From Candidatus Multivoradales bacterium (lineage in GTDB: Bacteria; Acidobacteriota; Thermoanaerobaculia; Multivoradales; J023), in NCBI GenBank assembly GCA_965248925.1, contig CBDFLE010000006.1:2208001-2272000 (forward strand): DNA of 64,000 bases, read 5' to 3'. Each line of letters opens with the position of its first letter. Position 1 is the first letter of the stretch. The notes below the pieces were generated by a model. The model searched no databases and was not told the origin of the DNA. It was given only the letters and a program-made list of their open reading frames with translations. Positions 45,309-56,161 of this stretch are shown here, piece by piece. The translations under genes and the position numbers were made by a program.

Positions 45309-45893
45309 ATGAACAGCCTACAAGCTGGATTTAGCCCAGCAACTCCATATGATGCGCAGCCGCGCTGCCGCTCGACGACCGTCTTATTGGTCCGTCACCA
45401 GGGGCGCACGGTGATGGCCAGCGATGGCCAAGTCACCATCAACGACACGGTCATCAAGCGCGGTGCCGCCAAGGTCAAACGCATTGGCCGCGGCGATATC
45501 TTGGTCGGCTTCGCCGGCAGCGCCGCCGATGGCCTGGCGCTGGTCACCCGCTTCGAAAGCAAACTCGACGAGTTTCAGAGCAACCTGGAGCGTTCGGTGG
45601 TCGAGCTGGCCAAGGATTGGCGCACCGACCGGGTGCTGCGCCAACTGCAAGCGATGATGGTGATCGCCAGCAAGACGCAGAGTTTTCTGATGTCGGGCAC
45701 CGGTGACCTGCTGCAACCCGACGATGACGGTGTGTTGGCGATCGGCTCGGGCTCCAACTATGCCTTGGCGGCCGCGCGGGCGCTGAGTTCTCACACCAAG
45801 CTCAACGCGCGACAGATTGTCGTCGAGTCGATGCGGATCGCCGCCGACATTTGTATCTACACTAACGACCAACTGACCGTCGAAGAGGTCTAG
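45309..45893 (+). CDS. hslV: ATP-dependent protease subunit HslV; start uncertain
   Basis: [33 protein letters not shown]. Confidence 0.93.
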   Translation: MNSLQAGFSPATPYDAQPRCRSTTVLLVRHQGRTVMASDGQVTINDTVIKRGAAKVKRIGRGDILVGFAGSAADGLALVTRFESKLDEFQSNLERSVVELAKDWRTDRVLRQLQAMMVIASKTQSFLMSGTGDLLQPDDDGVLAIGSGSNYALAAARALSSHTKLNARQIVVESMRIAADICIYTNDQLTVEEV

Positions 45894-45900
45894 AGCAGAG

Positions 45901-47295
45901 ATGGGTAGTCCGCAAAAGTCTATGGCCTCGAATTCGAGTCTGGCAGCAAACAACTTGTCGATCGAGGATCTGACCCCCCGTGAAATCGTCGTCGAACTCG
46001 ACAAATATGTAGTCGGGCAAGGCGACGCCAAGCGCGCCGTAGCGGTGGCCCTGCGCAATCGCTGGCGACGCCAGCGGATCGAGGGACCGTTGGCCGACGA
46101 GATCATGCCGAAGAACATCTTGATGATCGGCCCCACCGGCGTCGGCAAGACCGAGATCGCCCGGCGCCTGGCCAAACTCGCCCGGGCGCCGTTCCTCAAG
46201 GTCGAGGCCAGCAAGTTCACCGAGGTGGGCTATGTCGGCCGCGATGTCGAATCGATGGTGCGAGACCTCACTGAATTCGCCGTCCTCATGGTCAAGGAGG
46301 AGAAGCGCCGGGCGGTGCAAGAATCAGCCGCCGAACGCGCCGAAGAGCGGCTGTTGCAACTACTGGTGCCGGCCTCACCGACCAGCTTTCTCGGTAGCGC
46401 GGGGGAGAGCGACCTCAATCCGACGCGAGAGAAGTTCCGCACCCGGCTGCGCGCCGGCAAATTAGACGACCGCCAGGTCGAGATCGAAACCGATGAGACC
46501 CGCTTCCCCAGCCTGGAGATGTTCACCCCTCATGGCGGCGTCGAAGAAGTCGGTCTGAACATGAAAGACGTCATGCCGGGTCTATTCGGCCGCAAGCAGC
46601 AGCAGAATATGACCGTCGCTGAAGCGCGAGAAACGCTGCGCCAACAGGAAGCGGACAAGCTGATCGACCAACGGCAGATGGCCAAAGAAGCGATCGAGCG
46701 GGTCGAGCAGGGCGGCATGATCTTCCTCGACGAGATCGACAAAGTGGCCGGGCGCGAAGGCGGTCGCGGCCCAGACATCTCCCGCGAAGGCGTCCAGCGC
46801 GACCTCTTGCCAATCATCGAAGGCACCACCGTCAACACCAAGTACGGCATCGTCAAGACCGATCACATCTTGTTCCTCGCCGCTGGCGCCTTCCACATCT
46901 CCAAACCCTCGGATCTGATCCCCGAACTCCAGGGTCGGCTGCCGATCCGGGTCGAACTCCAACCCCTGGGCAAGAAAGAGTTCGTACGCATCCTCACTGA
47001 GCCTGAAGCGTCGCTGACCAAGCAGTACTCGGCCTTGTTGGCCACCGAAGACATCGAATTGAGCTTCACCCGCGGGGCGGTGGAAGAAGTCGCCCAACTC
47101 GCCGTTGAGGTCAACTCACAGACTGAAAATATCGGCGCGCGCCGATTGGCTACGCTGATGGAGCGCTTGCTCGAAGAGATCTCTTTCGAAGCGCCGGAGA
47201 AATCCGGGACGAAATTCAAGGTCGACGCCAGGTACGTTCGCAAAGCGCTGGCCGACATCGTCAAAGACGAGGACCTTAGCCGCTATGTGCTCTGA
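45901..47295 (+). CDS. hslU: ATP-dependent protease ATPase HslU
   Basis: [33 protein letters not shown]-terminal DLSRYVL. Confidence 0.96.
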   Translation: MGSPQKSMASNSSLAANNLSIEDLTPREIVVELDKYVVGQGDAKRAVAVALRNRWRRQRIEGPLADEIMPKNILMIGPTGVGKTEIARRLAKLARAPFLKVEASKFTEVGYVGRDVESMVRDLTEFAVLMVKEEKRRAVQESAAERAEERLLQLLVPASPTSFLGSAGESDLNPTREKFRTRLRAGKLDDRQVEIETDETRFPSLEMFTPHGGVEEVGLNMKDVMPGLFGRKQQQNMTVAEARETLRQQEADKLIDQRQMAKEAIERVEQGGMIFLDEIDKVAGREGGRGPDISREGVQRDLLPIIEGTTVNTKYGIVKTDHILFLAAGAFHISKPSDLIPELQGRLPIRVELQPLGKKEFVRILTEPEASLTKQYSALLATEDIELSFTRGAVEEVAQLAVEVNSQTENIGARRLATLMERLLEEISFEAPEKSGTKFKVDARYVRKALADIVKDEDLSRYVL

Positions 47296-47302
47296 TCTCG
47301 CC

Positions 47303-48385
47303 ATGCAACCCAGCAGCCGGCGGGCAGTCGGTCAACGAGCAAAAATCACCCTGCTCACCCTGCTCGCCTCGATCGCGACCTTGACCACGGCTTGTGGCAA
47401 GCAAGGCGATCCGCTGCCGCCGCTGCGCCAGACGCCGCAACAAGTTCGCGACCTCGAACTGCGGCAGCAGGGCCAATCGCTGCTCTTCGACATGTCCTAT
47501 CCGGCCACCACCACCGGTGGCTTGGCGCTCGGCGGCATCGAGTCCTTGGAGCTGCTCGAGCTGGTCAAGGAGACCCGCGACGGGGAAGCGCCGCCGGTGG
47601 ACGGCACTGAGTTCGAACGCGCCGCCACCCCTCTGCTGACTCTGCGCGGCACCAGCTTGAGCAGCAGCATCTCCGGCGATCGGCTGCTGATTCGGGTGCC
47701 GCTGGCTGACCCGCTGCCCGAGCCCCTCCAGGCCCACTACTTCGCGGTTCGCTGCAGCAAGGGCATCGAGATCTCGGCGATCTCTAATCGAGTGCAGATC
47801 ATTCCCGAAGAACCGCCAGCCGCACCGCTGAATTTCACCGTCGAAGCCACCGCCCGAGGAGTGCGGCTGCGCTGGGAGAATCAGGACGAACGCGCCATTG
47901 GCTTCGATGTCTATCGACGGCCTGCCAGCCTGCGCGGCTACGGCCAGCCAATAGCTCGGACCAAAGCCGAAGCCGACAACCACCTCGACCGCGGCGCCCG
48001 CTTTGGCCAGCGCTACATCTACACCGTGCGCACCGCCACCTCGCGCGAGCCGTTGATCGAAAGCGCCGAAGCCGGCGAAGTCGAAGTACTCTACGAAGAC
48101 CGCTTCGCGCCCTCCCTACCCCGCAACTTCGTCGCTTTGGCCGAGCAAGGCAGCGTGCGCCTGCGGTGGGACGCCAGTAGCGCCGAGGATGTCGCCGGCT
48201 ACATCATTTACCGCCAAGATCCGGGCCGTGAGTATCACCGGGTGACCGACCGTCAGATCACCGCCAATGAGTATCTCGACCGCGGTCTGGTGACCGGCTT
48301 GAGCTATTCCTACAAGATCCAGGTGGTCGATCAGGAAGGCAATGAGAGCGCACAGAGTCAGCCGGTCAGCACCACGGTTCGCTAG
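47303..48385 (+). CDS. Fibronectin type III domain lipoprotein
   Basis: Lipobox LTTAC-GKQGDPLPP; two FN3-like units (LRW...GF/Y..YR...Y.Y.V/I). Confidence 0.8.
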   Translation: MQPSSRRAVGQRAKITLLTLLASIATLTTACGKQGDPLPPLRQTPQQVRDLELRQQGQSLLFDMSYPATTTGGLALGGIESLELLELVKETRDGEAPPVDGTEFERAATPLLTLRGTSLSSSISGDRLLIRVPLADPLPEPLQAHYFAVRCSKGIEISAISNRVQIIPEEPPAAPLNFTVEATARGVRLRWENQDERAIGFDVYRRPASLRGYGQPIARTKAEADNHLDRGARFGQRYIYTVRTATSREPLIESAEAGEVEVLYEDRFAPSLPRNFVALAEQGSVRLRWDASSAEDVAGYIIYRQDPGREYHRVTDRQITANEYLDRGLVTGLSYSYKIQVVDQEGNESAQSQPVSTTVR

Positions 48386-48438
48386 AACCCACCGGCAACA
48401 CTGCCCACGTCCGAGTTGCAGCGGATAGGATTAGACCT

Positions 48439-49479
48439 ATGTGCAGATCTCGAACCAGGCAACCCGTCTTTGTTTCCCCGCTCAGCGGCGCCGTCGTGAG
48501 CTTCCTTTTCCTCGGCGGCGCCATCCTTCTGGCCAGCTTGCCAGCCAACGCCCAGCCGGTGCGTTTATCGGTTCCGGTGTACGGGGTCACCGCCGAGGTG
48601 GAGATTCGCGACATTCGCCGCGAGCAGGCAGAAGTGTTGGCGCGAGCGGCACTGACCCAGATCTTCGAACTCAGTCAGGTCTTCGACACCACCTCACAGC
48701 AGCCCGGCAGTCTCGGCATATTCAATGCTAAAGCGGGCGATGGGCCGCAAACGCTCGATCCCCAAGCCTACCAACTGCTGCTTCGCGGCGCGCAGTTCTG
48801 CCTTTGGTCGAGCGGCGCCTACGGCCCTTTGGGCGGCCCCTTGCGCCATTTCTGGCAGGATCGAGAACGCCATGGCCTCGAAGACCCACAGGTCTTCAGT
48901 CTGGCACTGGCGGCAGCTGATTGCGACCACTTGCGAATGGCGGCCGCCACAACTTCGAGCGCCGAGCTAAACTCAGGTAGCCAGGTGGACGGCTGGGGAC
49001 TGCGCGAGGGCCTGACCGTCGATCTGGCCATGGAGCAACTGGCCGCCAGCGGCGTGCGCAATGCTTGGATCGAGATTGGCCCGGTGACCCGAGGCATGGG
49101 TGACGGCCCCAGCGGCGAGGGCTGGCCAGTAAGCCTGGCCACCCTTCCCGGAACTAGCGAGCCCATCGGCCGCATACTGCTAGTCGACCAGGCCTTGGCG
49201 GCGGCGCGGAGTCCGGAACACGGCGCCAGTCCCTATGTCGACCAACGGTCCGGGCGACTCGCGGAAGGCACGGTCGCAGTCTTTGTAGTCACTGAGAAGG
49301 CGGCGGATGCCCAAGCTCTAGCGACCACCCTATTCGTCACCGGCATGCGCGACGGACATCGACGCTTAGGCTCCTTATCCCCCCGCCCAGCGGTGCTGTG
49401 GTTGCTTGGCAAAGGAGGGGGACAGCCCCTAGAAGCCACCTACCGCTGGTCGACAGTCAAGCGGTTCGAGCCCCGCTGA
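48439..49479 (+). CDS. ApbE-like FAD:protein FMN transferase homolog (degenerate)
   Basis: Overall layout (YGVT, LSQVFD, SSGAY, GWPV, DQRSG, QALAT) resembles ApbE but key motifs are altered. Confidence 0.7.
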   Translation: MCRSRTRQPVFVSPLSGAVVSFLFLGGAILLASLPANAQPVRLSVPVYGVTAEVEIRDIRREQAEVLARAALTQIFELSQVFDTTSQQPGSLGIFNAKAGDGPQTLDPQAYQLLLRGAQFCLWSSGAYGPLGGPLRHFWQDRERHGLEDPQVFSLALAAADCDHLRMAAATTSSAELNSGSQVDGWGLREGLTVDLAMEQLAASGVRNAWIEIGPVTRGMGDGPSGEGWPVSLATLPGTSEPIGRILLVDQALAAARSPEHGASPYVDQRSGRLAEGTVAVFVVTEKAADAQALATTLFVTGMRDGHRRLGSLSPRPAVLWLLGKGGGQPLEATYRWSTVKRFEPR

Positions 49480-49486
49480 GCTGCAA

Positions 49487-50527
49487 TCAATCGGCCTCGG
49501 CGGCAAAGACTCGCAGCCCCTGTTGCCGCCGTAAACGCAGGCGCACCCGCTGCCCCACCGCTGTCCTTTTTGACGACAATACTCGCACCACCAGGCGGGC
49601 GTGGCCATCGATGGCAATCTCATCGAGGCGATCATGGCCAAAGAAAGTCTGCCCACAAACCTCGCCAGCACAACCTTCCGCGGCCGCCGCCGGCAGCAGT
49701 TCGAGATCTTCGGGACGTAACAGCACCAACGCTGAGCCGTCTTGGAGCGGGCAAGGAATGGGACCAAAACAAGACAACGCCGCACCACCCCGCACTTCGC
49801 AAGGCAGCAGTTGACCATCGCCCAAGAAACGCGCCACCTCGACACTGAGCGGATTGCCGTAGACCTCCTCCGGCCGGCCGCTCTGCAACACCCGGCCGTT
49901 ATGCATGACCACTATCCGGTCGGCGATACTCAGCGCTTCTTCTTGATCGTGAGTCACCAAAATCGCCGTAGCTCCGGCATCACGCAGAATCTGACAGACC
50001 TCCTCCCGCACCCGCTTGCGCAACCCAGCGTCGAGGGCCGCGAAGGGTTCGTCGAGCAACACCAACCGCGGCGCCGGGGCCAACGCTCGAGCCAGCGCCA
50101 CCCGCTGCTGCTCGCCTCCCGACAGCTGGTCAGGGTAGCGGCCGCCGAGGTCGGCCAGGCCCACCAGCTCCAAGACCTCGCGAGCGCGGCGTTGGCGCCC
50201 CGGCTTCCGGCGCAGGCCGTAGAGCACATTGTCGAGCACCTTGAGATGGGGAAAGAGCGCCCCTTGCTGAAAAACCATGCCCACCCGCCGGCGTTCCGGC
50301 GCCACCCAGCAGTCGGTCCCGCTCACTTGTTGGCCGTCGATCGTCACCGTACCGGCATGGGGAACCTCAAAGCCCGCCACCGCCCGCAGCAGGCTGGTCT
50401 TGCCACAGCCGCTCGGTCCCACCAAGACGGTGAGTTCAGCGGCCTGCGCTTCGAGGTTGACCCCGGCCAGCGCCAGGTGGTCCCCTCGCCACAGCTCGAC
50501 CCCACGCAGCTCAAGTGCCTTGTTCAT
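49487..50527 (-). CDS. Fe3+ ABC transporter ATP-binding protein
   Basis: GPSGCGKT, LSGGEQQR, LLDEPF, VTHD. Confidence 0.9.
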   Translation of the reverse strand: MNKALELRGVELWRGDHLALAGVNLEAQAAELTVLVGPSGCGKTSLLRAVAGFEVPHAGTVTIDGQQVSGTDCWVAPERRRVGMVFQQGALFPHLKVLDNVLYGLRRKPGRQRRAREVLELVGLADLGGRYPDQLSGGEQQRVALARALAPAPRLVLLDEPFAALDAGLRKRVREEVCQILRDAGATAILVTHDQEEALSIADRIVVMHNGRVLQSGRPEEVYGNPLSVEVARFLGDGQLLPCEVRGGAALSCFGPIPCPLQDGSALVLLRPEDLELLPAAAAEGCAGEVCGQTFFGHDRLDEIAIDGHARLVVRVLSSKRTAVGQRVRLRLRRQQGLRVFAAEAD

Positions 50528-52149
50528 CGGCCGCCCTCGGCGAGGGCCGGACGAATGATCCACCAGTAGACCGGTGGACCCGTCACCAACACCAAGGCCA
50601 AAGCCGGCGCCGACGCCGCGGAGTAGATTCCTTCCGCAGCGTAGCTCCAGATCTCGCTGGCCAACGTCTCGTAACCGATCGGCCGCAGCAGCAAGGTGGC
50701 TGGCAGCTCCTTCATCGAGGTCAAGAAGACCAGGCCGGCGCCAGCCAACATTCCCGGCAGGATCAGCGGCAGCACCAGGGTGCGAAGAACCTCGGCCGGA
50801 CTCCGCCCCAGACTACGGGCGGCTTCCTCGAATACCGGCGCCACGCCAGCCAGCGCTCCACGGGTCGCTGAAGTTGCCTGCGGCAGAAAACGAATCACGT
50901 AGGCCAGGGCGAGCAGGGGCAGAGTCTGGTAGAGCGGCCGGGTCCAACGGACGGCGAAGAACACCAACGACAGGGCGATCACCAACCCCGGCAAAGCATA
51001 GCCGGCATAGGTCAGCCGCTCCACCCAGCGCGCCGTCTTGCTGCTGTGGCGCACCGACCAAACGGCGATTGGCAACGACAGGCCAACCGCGCAGATCGCC
51101 GCCAAGGCGGAAACGCTGAACGAGCGTAGAGCCGGAGCCAGCACCTTGGTCAAAGCCGCGGGATCGAACAGGCCCATGCCGCCCCAGAGCGCGACTACCA
51201 CCAACGGCACCCCGACGTTGAGGGCCACCAACGAAGCGACGGTGAAGGTCGCTGGCCAGCGCCAGGCGCCCAAGGCCAGACGCTCCGCAGGCGCCGTCGG
51301 CCGGCTACGGTGCGGCCGTTGGCCGCCCACCAGCCAAGCCTCGCCAGCGATTAGCAGCAACGTGACCACCACCAGCACGCTGGCCAGTGCCGCCGCCGTG
51401 GTGCGGTCGAAAATTCCCTGGTAGGCGTTATAGATCGACAGAGTGAAAGTGTTGTATCGCACAATTGACACCGCGCCGAAATCCGACAGGGTGTAGAGAG
51501 CCACCAACAGGGCACCGCCAGAGAGCACCTGCCGCAGCTGCGGCAGGATCACGGTGAAGAAAATCCGCAGCCGGCTAGCGCCGAGACTGCGAGCGCTCTC
51601 CTCAAGCTCCGGATCCAGCCGCCGCATGGCCCCCACCAGAGGCAGGTAGATGTAGGGATAAGTGAACAGACCCAGAGCGACCAATGCCCCGGAATAGCCA
51701 TAAACAAGGTCGGGTAGCTGAGTGATACCGAGCCAACTCTGCAATGCTCCTCGAGGACCCAGAGCCGCCACCAGGGCAAAGGCCGCGACATAGGACGGAA
51801 AAACCAACGGCAAGGCGGCCAACAAGGCCCACGCGCGACGTCCGGGCAGGTCGGTGCGGGCCACCAACCAAGCCAGCGGCACCGCTACCACAACTGCCAG
51901 AGTCACCGTGCCGATCACCAACAACAAGGTGCGACCGACCAGAGCAGCTATCCTCGGTGTGCAAACCCAGCGCAGATAGACCCCGAGTCCACCCTCTGAG
52001 GCGCGCAAGAAAATGTACAGCAGAGGCAGCAGTACCACCGCGGCGGTAACTACCGCCGGCAGCACCCAGATCAGCGGCGCTCTGCGCCGACGGCGCGGCC
52101 CAGCGGCGGCCGCTGCCGGCAGGGCTGGCTCGGGGAGCTGCTGCACCAC
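50524..52149 (-). CDS. Fe3+ ABC transporter permease (fused two-domain)
   Basis: Two EAA motifs (LEESARSLG, FEEAARSLG), KELPATLLLRP; start uncertain. Confidence 0.9.
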   Translation of the reverse strand: MVQQLPEPALPAAAAAGPRRRRRAPLIWVLPAVVTAAVVLLPLLYIFLRASEGGLGVYLRWVCTPRIAALVGRTLLLVIGTVTLAVVVAVPLAWLVARTDLPGRRAWALLAALPLVFPSYVAAFALVAALGPRGALQSWLGITQLPDLVYGYSGALVALGLFTYPYIYLPLVGAMRRLDPELEESARSLGASRLRIFFTVILPQLRQVLSGGALLVALYTLSDFGAVSIVRYNTFTLSIYNAYQGIFDRTTAAALASVLVVVTLLLIAGEAWLVGGQRPHRSRPTAPAERLALGAWRWPATFTVASLVALNVGVPLVVVALWGGMGLFDPAALTKVLAPALRSFSVSALAAICAVGLSLPIAVWSVRHSSKTARWVERLTYAGYALPGLVIALSLVFFAVRWTRPLYQTLPLLALAYVIRFLPQATSATRGALAGVAPVFEEAARSLGRSPAEVLRTLVLPLILPGMLAGAGLVFLTSMKELPATLLLRPIGYETLASEIWSYAAEGIYSAASAPALALVLVTGPPVYWWIIRPALAEGGR

Positions 52150-52162
52150 TCTCAAAACCTCG

Positions 52163-53233
52163 CTACAGCAGGCCCGAGGCGGCAATCGCCTCCTGTGCCG
52201 GCACCAACTCGACGGCGACCCGCGAGAAGTCGACCTGCCCCGCAACCTGGTCGGCCAGCGGCATCAGTTCCACCGCCGGCTCGATTCCGCTGACCAGCGG
52301 ATACTCGTAGGTCTCGGTGGCGAAGTAGGTCTGGGCGTCATCCGACACCAGGTAGCGCATCAGTTTCAGAGCCGCGGCGCTAGCGCTGAGAGTTCCAGCC
52401 CCAGCCATGTTGAGAAAGGTCGAGCCCAGGTCCTCGTCCATCCAAAAATTCTTCGCCGACGCCGCAGGGTTCTCGGCCAGCACCCGCCACAGGTAGTAGT
52501 GATTGACTAGGCCGAAGTCGACCTCACCGTTCACTACCGCCTCGACAATGGCGCTGTTCATGGGATAGCGCTGAGGTTGGTTGGCGACCAGGCCCGCCAG
52601 CAACTGATCAAGCCGCTCACCGCCATGTAGTGCGCGATAGAGCGCCAGATGAGCCTGCAACGAGGCGTTGGCGGGAGCAATGCCGAAACGCCCCCGGTAA
52701 CGCTCCTCGGTAACCTGCTGCAGACTGCGGGGCAGCTCTTCGACCGCGATCCGCTCGGGGTTATAGACCACCGTCCGCGCCCGTCCCGACAAACCGACCC
52801 AATCGCCGCTGGCTGAGGAGAATCGCTGCTCTACCCGCCGCAGCACCTCCTCGGGCAGAGGTTGCAACAAGCCAGCCGCGGAAACCGCCGCCAAGGCAGC
52901 CGCGTCTTGAGCCAAGAAGACATCCGCCGGACTGCCTGTGCCCTCCTCAAGAATCGTTGCGGCCAACTCGGCGGTGCCGCCATAGCGCACCTGAACCTCG
53001 ATTCCGGACGCCTTCTCAAAACGCTCCAGCAGTGGACCCACCAGACTCTTGCTGCGACCGCTGTAGATCACCAAAGACCGCTCTGCCTGCTCCTGCTCGT
53101 GCTCAGCAACCGTCTCGTCGTGGTCCGCCGGCGACGAGCAAGCCAGCGGCAGAAGCAATAAGAAGGCCAGCCCCAGACCTGAGCCACGGCCTCGAACTCG
53201 GTAGATCGCTCGGGGGTTTCTAATTATCACCAA
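52163..53233 (-). CDS. Fe3+ ABC transporter substrate-binding lipoprotein (FutA/FbpA-like)
   Basis: LPLAC lipobox, IYSGR, SPADVF, VNHYY. Confidence 0.9.
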   Translation of the reverse strand: MVIIRNPRAIYRVRGRGSGLGLAFLLLLPLACSSPADHDETVAEHEQEQAERSLVIYSGRSKSLVGPLLERFEKASGIEVQVRYGGTAELAATILEEGTGSPADVFLAQDAAALAAVSAAGLLQPLPEEVLRRVEQRFSSASGDWVGLSGRARTVVYNPERIAVEELPRSLQQVTEERYRGRFGIAPANASLQAHLALYRALHGGERLDQLLAGLVANQPQRYPMNSAIVEAVVNGEVDFGLVNHYYLWRVLAENPAASAKNFWMDEDLGSTFLNMAGAGTLSASAAALKLMRYLVSDDAQTYFATETYEYPLVSGIEPAVELMPLADQVAGQVDFSRVAVELVPAQEAIAASGLL

Positions 53234-53250
53234 AACATCTCCGATGATTT

Positions 53251-53267
53251 TTGAGAATCTATCTCAA
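53251..53267. promoter_or_regulatory. Fur-box-like palindrome
   Basis: TTGAGA-ATCTA-TCTCAA just upstream of the RBS of the iron transporter. Confidence 0.7.
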
Positions 53268-53393
53268 TAAAGAGACCCTCATTCTCGACCTTTTTAGTCT
53301 GGTTTGTCAACAGAGACGGCATCGGCTTGCTGCCGATGATTCGCCAGTCAATCGCTAGCGGGCCGCGGCCTGCTCGGGGTCCAGGACGCGGTC

Positions 53394-54662
53394 TCAGCGC
53401 TGTTCGATCGGCACATAGGCACGGTCGCCGGAACCGATGTAGACCTGACGCGGACGGTTGATCCGACCGTGGGGATCTTCGCGCATCTCTTTCCAATGAG
53501 CGATCCAACCCGGTAGCCGGCCGAGGGCGAACATGACTGTGAACATATTCGTCGGGATGCCCATGGCGCTGTAGATGATGCCACTGTAGAAATCGACGTT
53601 CGGATAGAGCCGGCGCTTGATGAAATACTCGTCGTTGAGCGCAATCTCCTCGAGTTTCTTGGCCACGTCGAGCAGGGGATCGTCGATACCGAGATCGTCG
53701 AGCACTTCGTCGGCGGCAGCCTTGAGGATCTTCGCCCGCGGATCGAAATTCTTGTACACCCGGTGGCCAAAGCCCATCAAACGGAAATCCGACTCCTTGC
53801 TCTTCGCCAGATCGACGTACTTGCGGTAGTTGCCGCCGTCGTCAGCGATCATCTGCAGCATGTCCATCACCTTCTGATTGGCGCCACCGTGCAGTGGCCC
53901 CCACAGGGCGCAAACCCCGGCGGCGATCGAAGCATAGAGATTGGCTTGGCTCGAGCCCACCATGCGCACCGTCGAAGTACTGCAATTCTGCTCGTGGTCG
54001 GCATGCAAGATCAGCAGCAGATTGAGCGCCCGATCGAGCACCGTATTGAGCTGATACGGCTCGGCCGGAACGGCGAACATCATCTGCAGAAAATTGCCGG
54101 TGTAGGTCAGGTGATTCTGCGGATACATGAAGGGCTGGCCGATCGACTTCTTGTAGGAGAACGCGGCGATCGTCGAAGCCTTGGCCAGCAAGCGGGTGAT
54201 GTTGAGGTCGATGTCCGAATCCGCATTCGGATAGTAAGTCGACATCGAGGCCACCATCGACGACAAGATAGCCATCGGATGGGCGGTCGGCGGATAACCC
54301 TCAAAGAACTTTTTCATGTCCTCGTGCAGCATCGAGTGGTAAGTCAGCTGCTGCTTGAACTGCGCCAGCTGCTCGGCGTTAGGCAGCTCGCCGGAGATCA
54401 GCAAGTAGCACACCTCGACAAAACTGGCGTTCTCGGCCACCTGCTCGATCGGATAGCCACGGTAGCGCAGAATGCCGTTCTCGCCATCGATGTAGGTAAT
54501 GCTGCTCTGGCAACTACCCGTGTTGCCGTAGCCCTGGTCGAGGGTGATCATCTTCGACTGCTTGCGCAGATGGGTGATATCGATCCCCACCTCGTCCTCG
54601 GTGCCTTCGACGATCGGCAGCTCGTACTCTTGACCTTGATAGCTCAGTTTGGCCGTACTCAT
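53394..54662 (-). CDS. gltA: Citrate synthase
   Basis: HADHEQNCST, GPLHGGAN, MGFGHRVY, YPNVDFYSG. Confidence 0.97.
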   Translation of the reverse strand: MSTAKLSYQGQEYELPIVEGTEDEVGIDITHLRKQSKMITLDQGYGNTGSCQSSITYIDGENGILRYRGYPIEQVAENASFVEVCYLLISGELPNAEQLAQFKQQLTYHSMLHEDMKKFFEGYPPTAHPMAILSSMVASMSTYYPNADSDIDLNITRLLAKASTIAAFSYKKSIGQPFMYPQNHLTYTGNFLQMMFAVPAEPYQLNTVLDRALNLLLILHADHEQNCSTSTVRMVGSSQANLYASIAAGVCALWGPLHGGANQKVMDMLQMIADDGGNYRKYVDLAKSKESDFRLMGFGHRVYKNFDPRAKILKAAADEVLDDLGIDDPLLDVAKKLEEIALNDEYFIKRRLYPNVDFYSGIIYSAMGIPTNMFTVMFALGRLPGWIAHWKEMREDPHGRINRPRQVYIGSGDRAYVPIEQR

Positions 54663-54847
54663 GGCAATCTCCTACCTCGGAGGCTCGAAAGATCCGAGGA
54701 AAACCGTTCCCGAGCCGCATCAAATTCGTCGACGAAAGTCGCGGTGGACGGATCTGTTCTCGCGTTGGGACCGCACATGCGGCCAGTCTGGAGTTTATCC
54801 GCCAGACCTAGACAGAGCAAGGATCCTTGCCGCACGGCGGCAAGTGC

Positions 54848-55576
54848 TCAGTCGCCGCCGCCCGCCGAGCTATCCAAACTTGGCCCACCATGAATTGGCG
54901 GTGCCGCCGAGTTGCGCAGTCGAGCCAGATCTTCAGGGCGGTTGATATTAAGAAACACACGGCTTGGCGAGCCGTAGATTGCAAGCTGCTCACCTTCGAG
55001 AAAATAGGGTCGGAGCCCGTCTGCTTGGGCCAACGGGTGAAGTGCCCGCTGGCCTCGCAACACCCTCTCCGCCAATAACTGCAAGGACCGTGGGCGGTAA
55101 TGCGCCGCCAGCGGTTCCAACCCGCTCTGCCAGCGCGGTACCACCCAATCCGCGGCCGGCTGCTCGAGCAAGCGCCGCAGCAACGCCACCGGTACCCAGG
55201 GCAGATCACAGGCTAGAACAAGCAAGGAACGTCCAGAGCGGGCAGCGGCGACCCCGAGAATCGCCGCCGCCGGGCCCTCTCCAGGACCGTCGGCGATCGA
55301 CGACACGCCAGCCAACAAGCGGCGACCCCGGTCTGCCAACACCACCTCGACACACACTTCACCGAGGCGCCGGACCGCACTTTCAACCAGCGTCTCGCCG
55401 CTCGGTGCCAGACGGACTCGCGCCTTGTCACGCCCTAGACGGCGAGAAGCACCACCCGCTAGAACCACGCCCAGGGGAGCGCCTTCGCTGCTATCGGGCA
55501 CCAAACAACCCACCCAGACCGACCTGCCCGGCCGGGCCAGACGGTAGGTGTGAGCTGCTAGACTGCGCCGCTGCAA
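54848..55576 (-). CDS. mobA: Molybdenum cofactor guanylyltransferase; start uncertain
   Basis: VLAGGASRRLGRDKA, GP, ACDLP, EPL, FLNINRPED. Confidence 0.85.
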   Translation of the reverse strand: MQRRSLAAHTYRLARPGRSVWVGCLVPDSSEGAPLGVVLAGGASRRLGRDKARVRLAPSGETLVESAVRRLGEVCVEVVLADRGRRLLAGVSSIADGPGEGPAAAILGVAAARSGRSLLVLACDLPWVPVALLRRLLEQPAADWVVPRWQSGLEPLAAHYRPRSLQLLAERVLRGQRALHPLAQADGLRPYFLEGEQLAIYGSPSRVFLNINRPEDLARLRNSAAPPIHGGPSLDSSAGGGD

Positions 55577-55648
55577 ACAATCCAGTGCGCCGCCTCCGCT
55601 CTAGGCTGCCCTTTCTCGACCGGCCAGTTTTCATAAGGAGATCCGCAA

Positions 55649-56149
55649 ATGACCCTGCATACTCTGATCCAAACCAATAAAGGCGACATCCGCATCGAAC
55701 TCTATCCCGAGCACACCCCGATCACCGTGGCGAGCTTCATCAATCTGGCCGAGCGCGGTTACTACGACGGGATCGTCTTTCATCGCGTTATTCCCAACTT
55801 CATGATCCAGGGCGGCGACCCCACCGGCACCGGCCGTGGCGGCCCTGGCTACCAGTTCGAAGACGAGTTCCACGCCGATCTGCGCCACGACGCCGCAGGG
55901 GTGCTATCGATGGCCAATGCCGGCCCGCGCACCAATGGGAGCCAGTTTTTCATCACCCACGGGCCGACTCCCCATCTCGACAATAAACACTCGGTGTTCG
56001 GCAAGGTGGTCGAGGGGCTCGACGTGGTCAACGCCATCGCCGGCGCCGACAAGATCATCTCGATGAAAATCGAGGGCGACTCAACGGCACTCAAGACCGA
56101 CCAGGCAAAACGCATCAGCGAGTGGAACAAGACCCTCGACGCCCGCTAG
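55649..56149 (+). CDS. Cyclophilin-type peptidyl-prolyl isomerase
   Basis: [28 protein letters not shown]. Confidence 0.95.
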   Translation: MTLHTLIQTNKGDIRIELYPEHTPITVASFINLAERGYYDGIVFHRVIPNFMIQGGDPTGTGRGGPGYQFEDEFHADLRHDAAGVLSMANAGPRTNGSQFFITHGPTPHLDNKHSVFGKVVEGLDVVNAIAGADKIISMKIEGDSTALKTDQAKRISEWNKTLDAR

Positions 56150-56161
56150 AGCCAAATTGCC

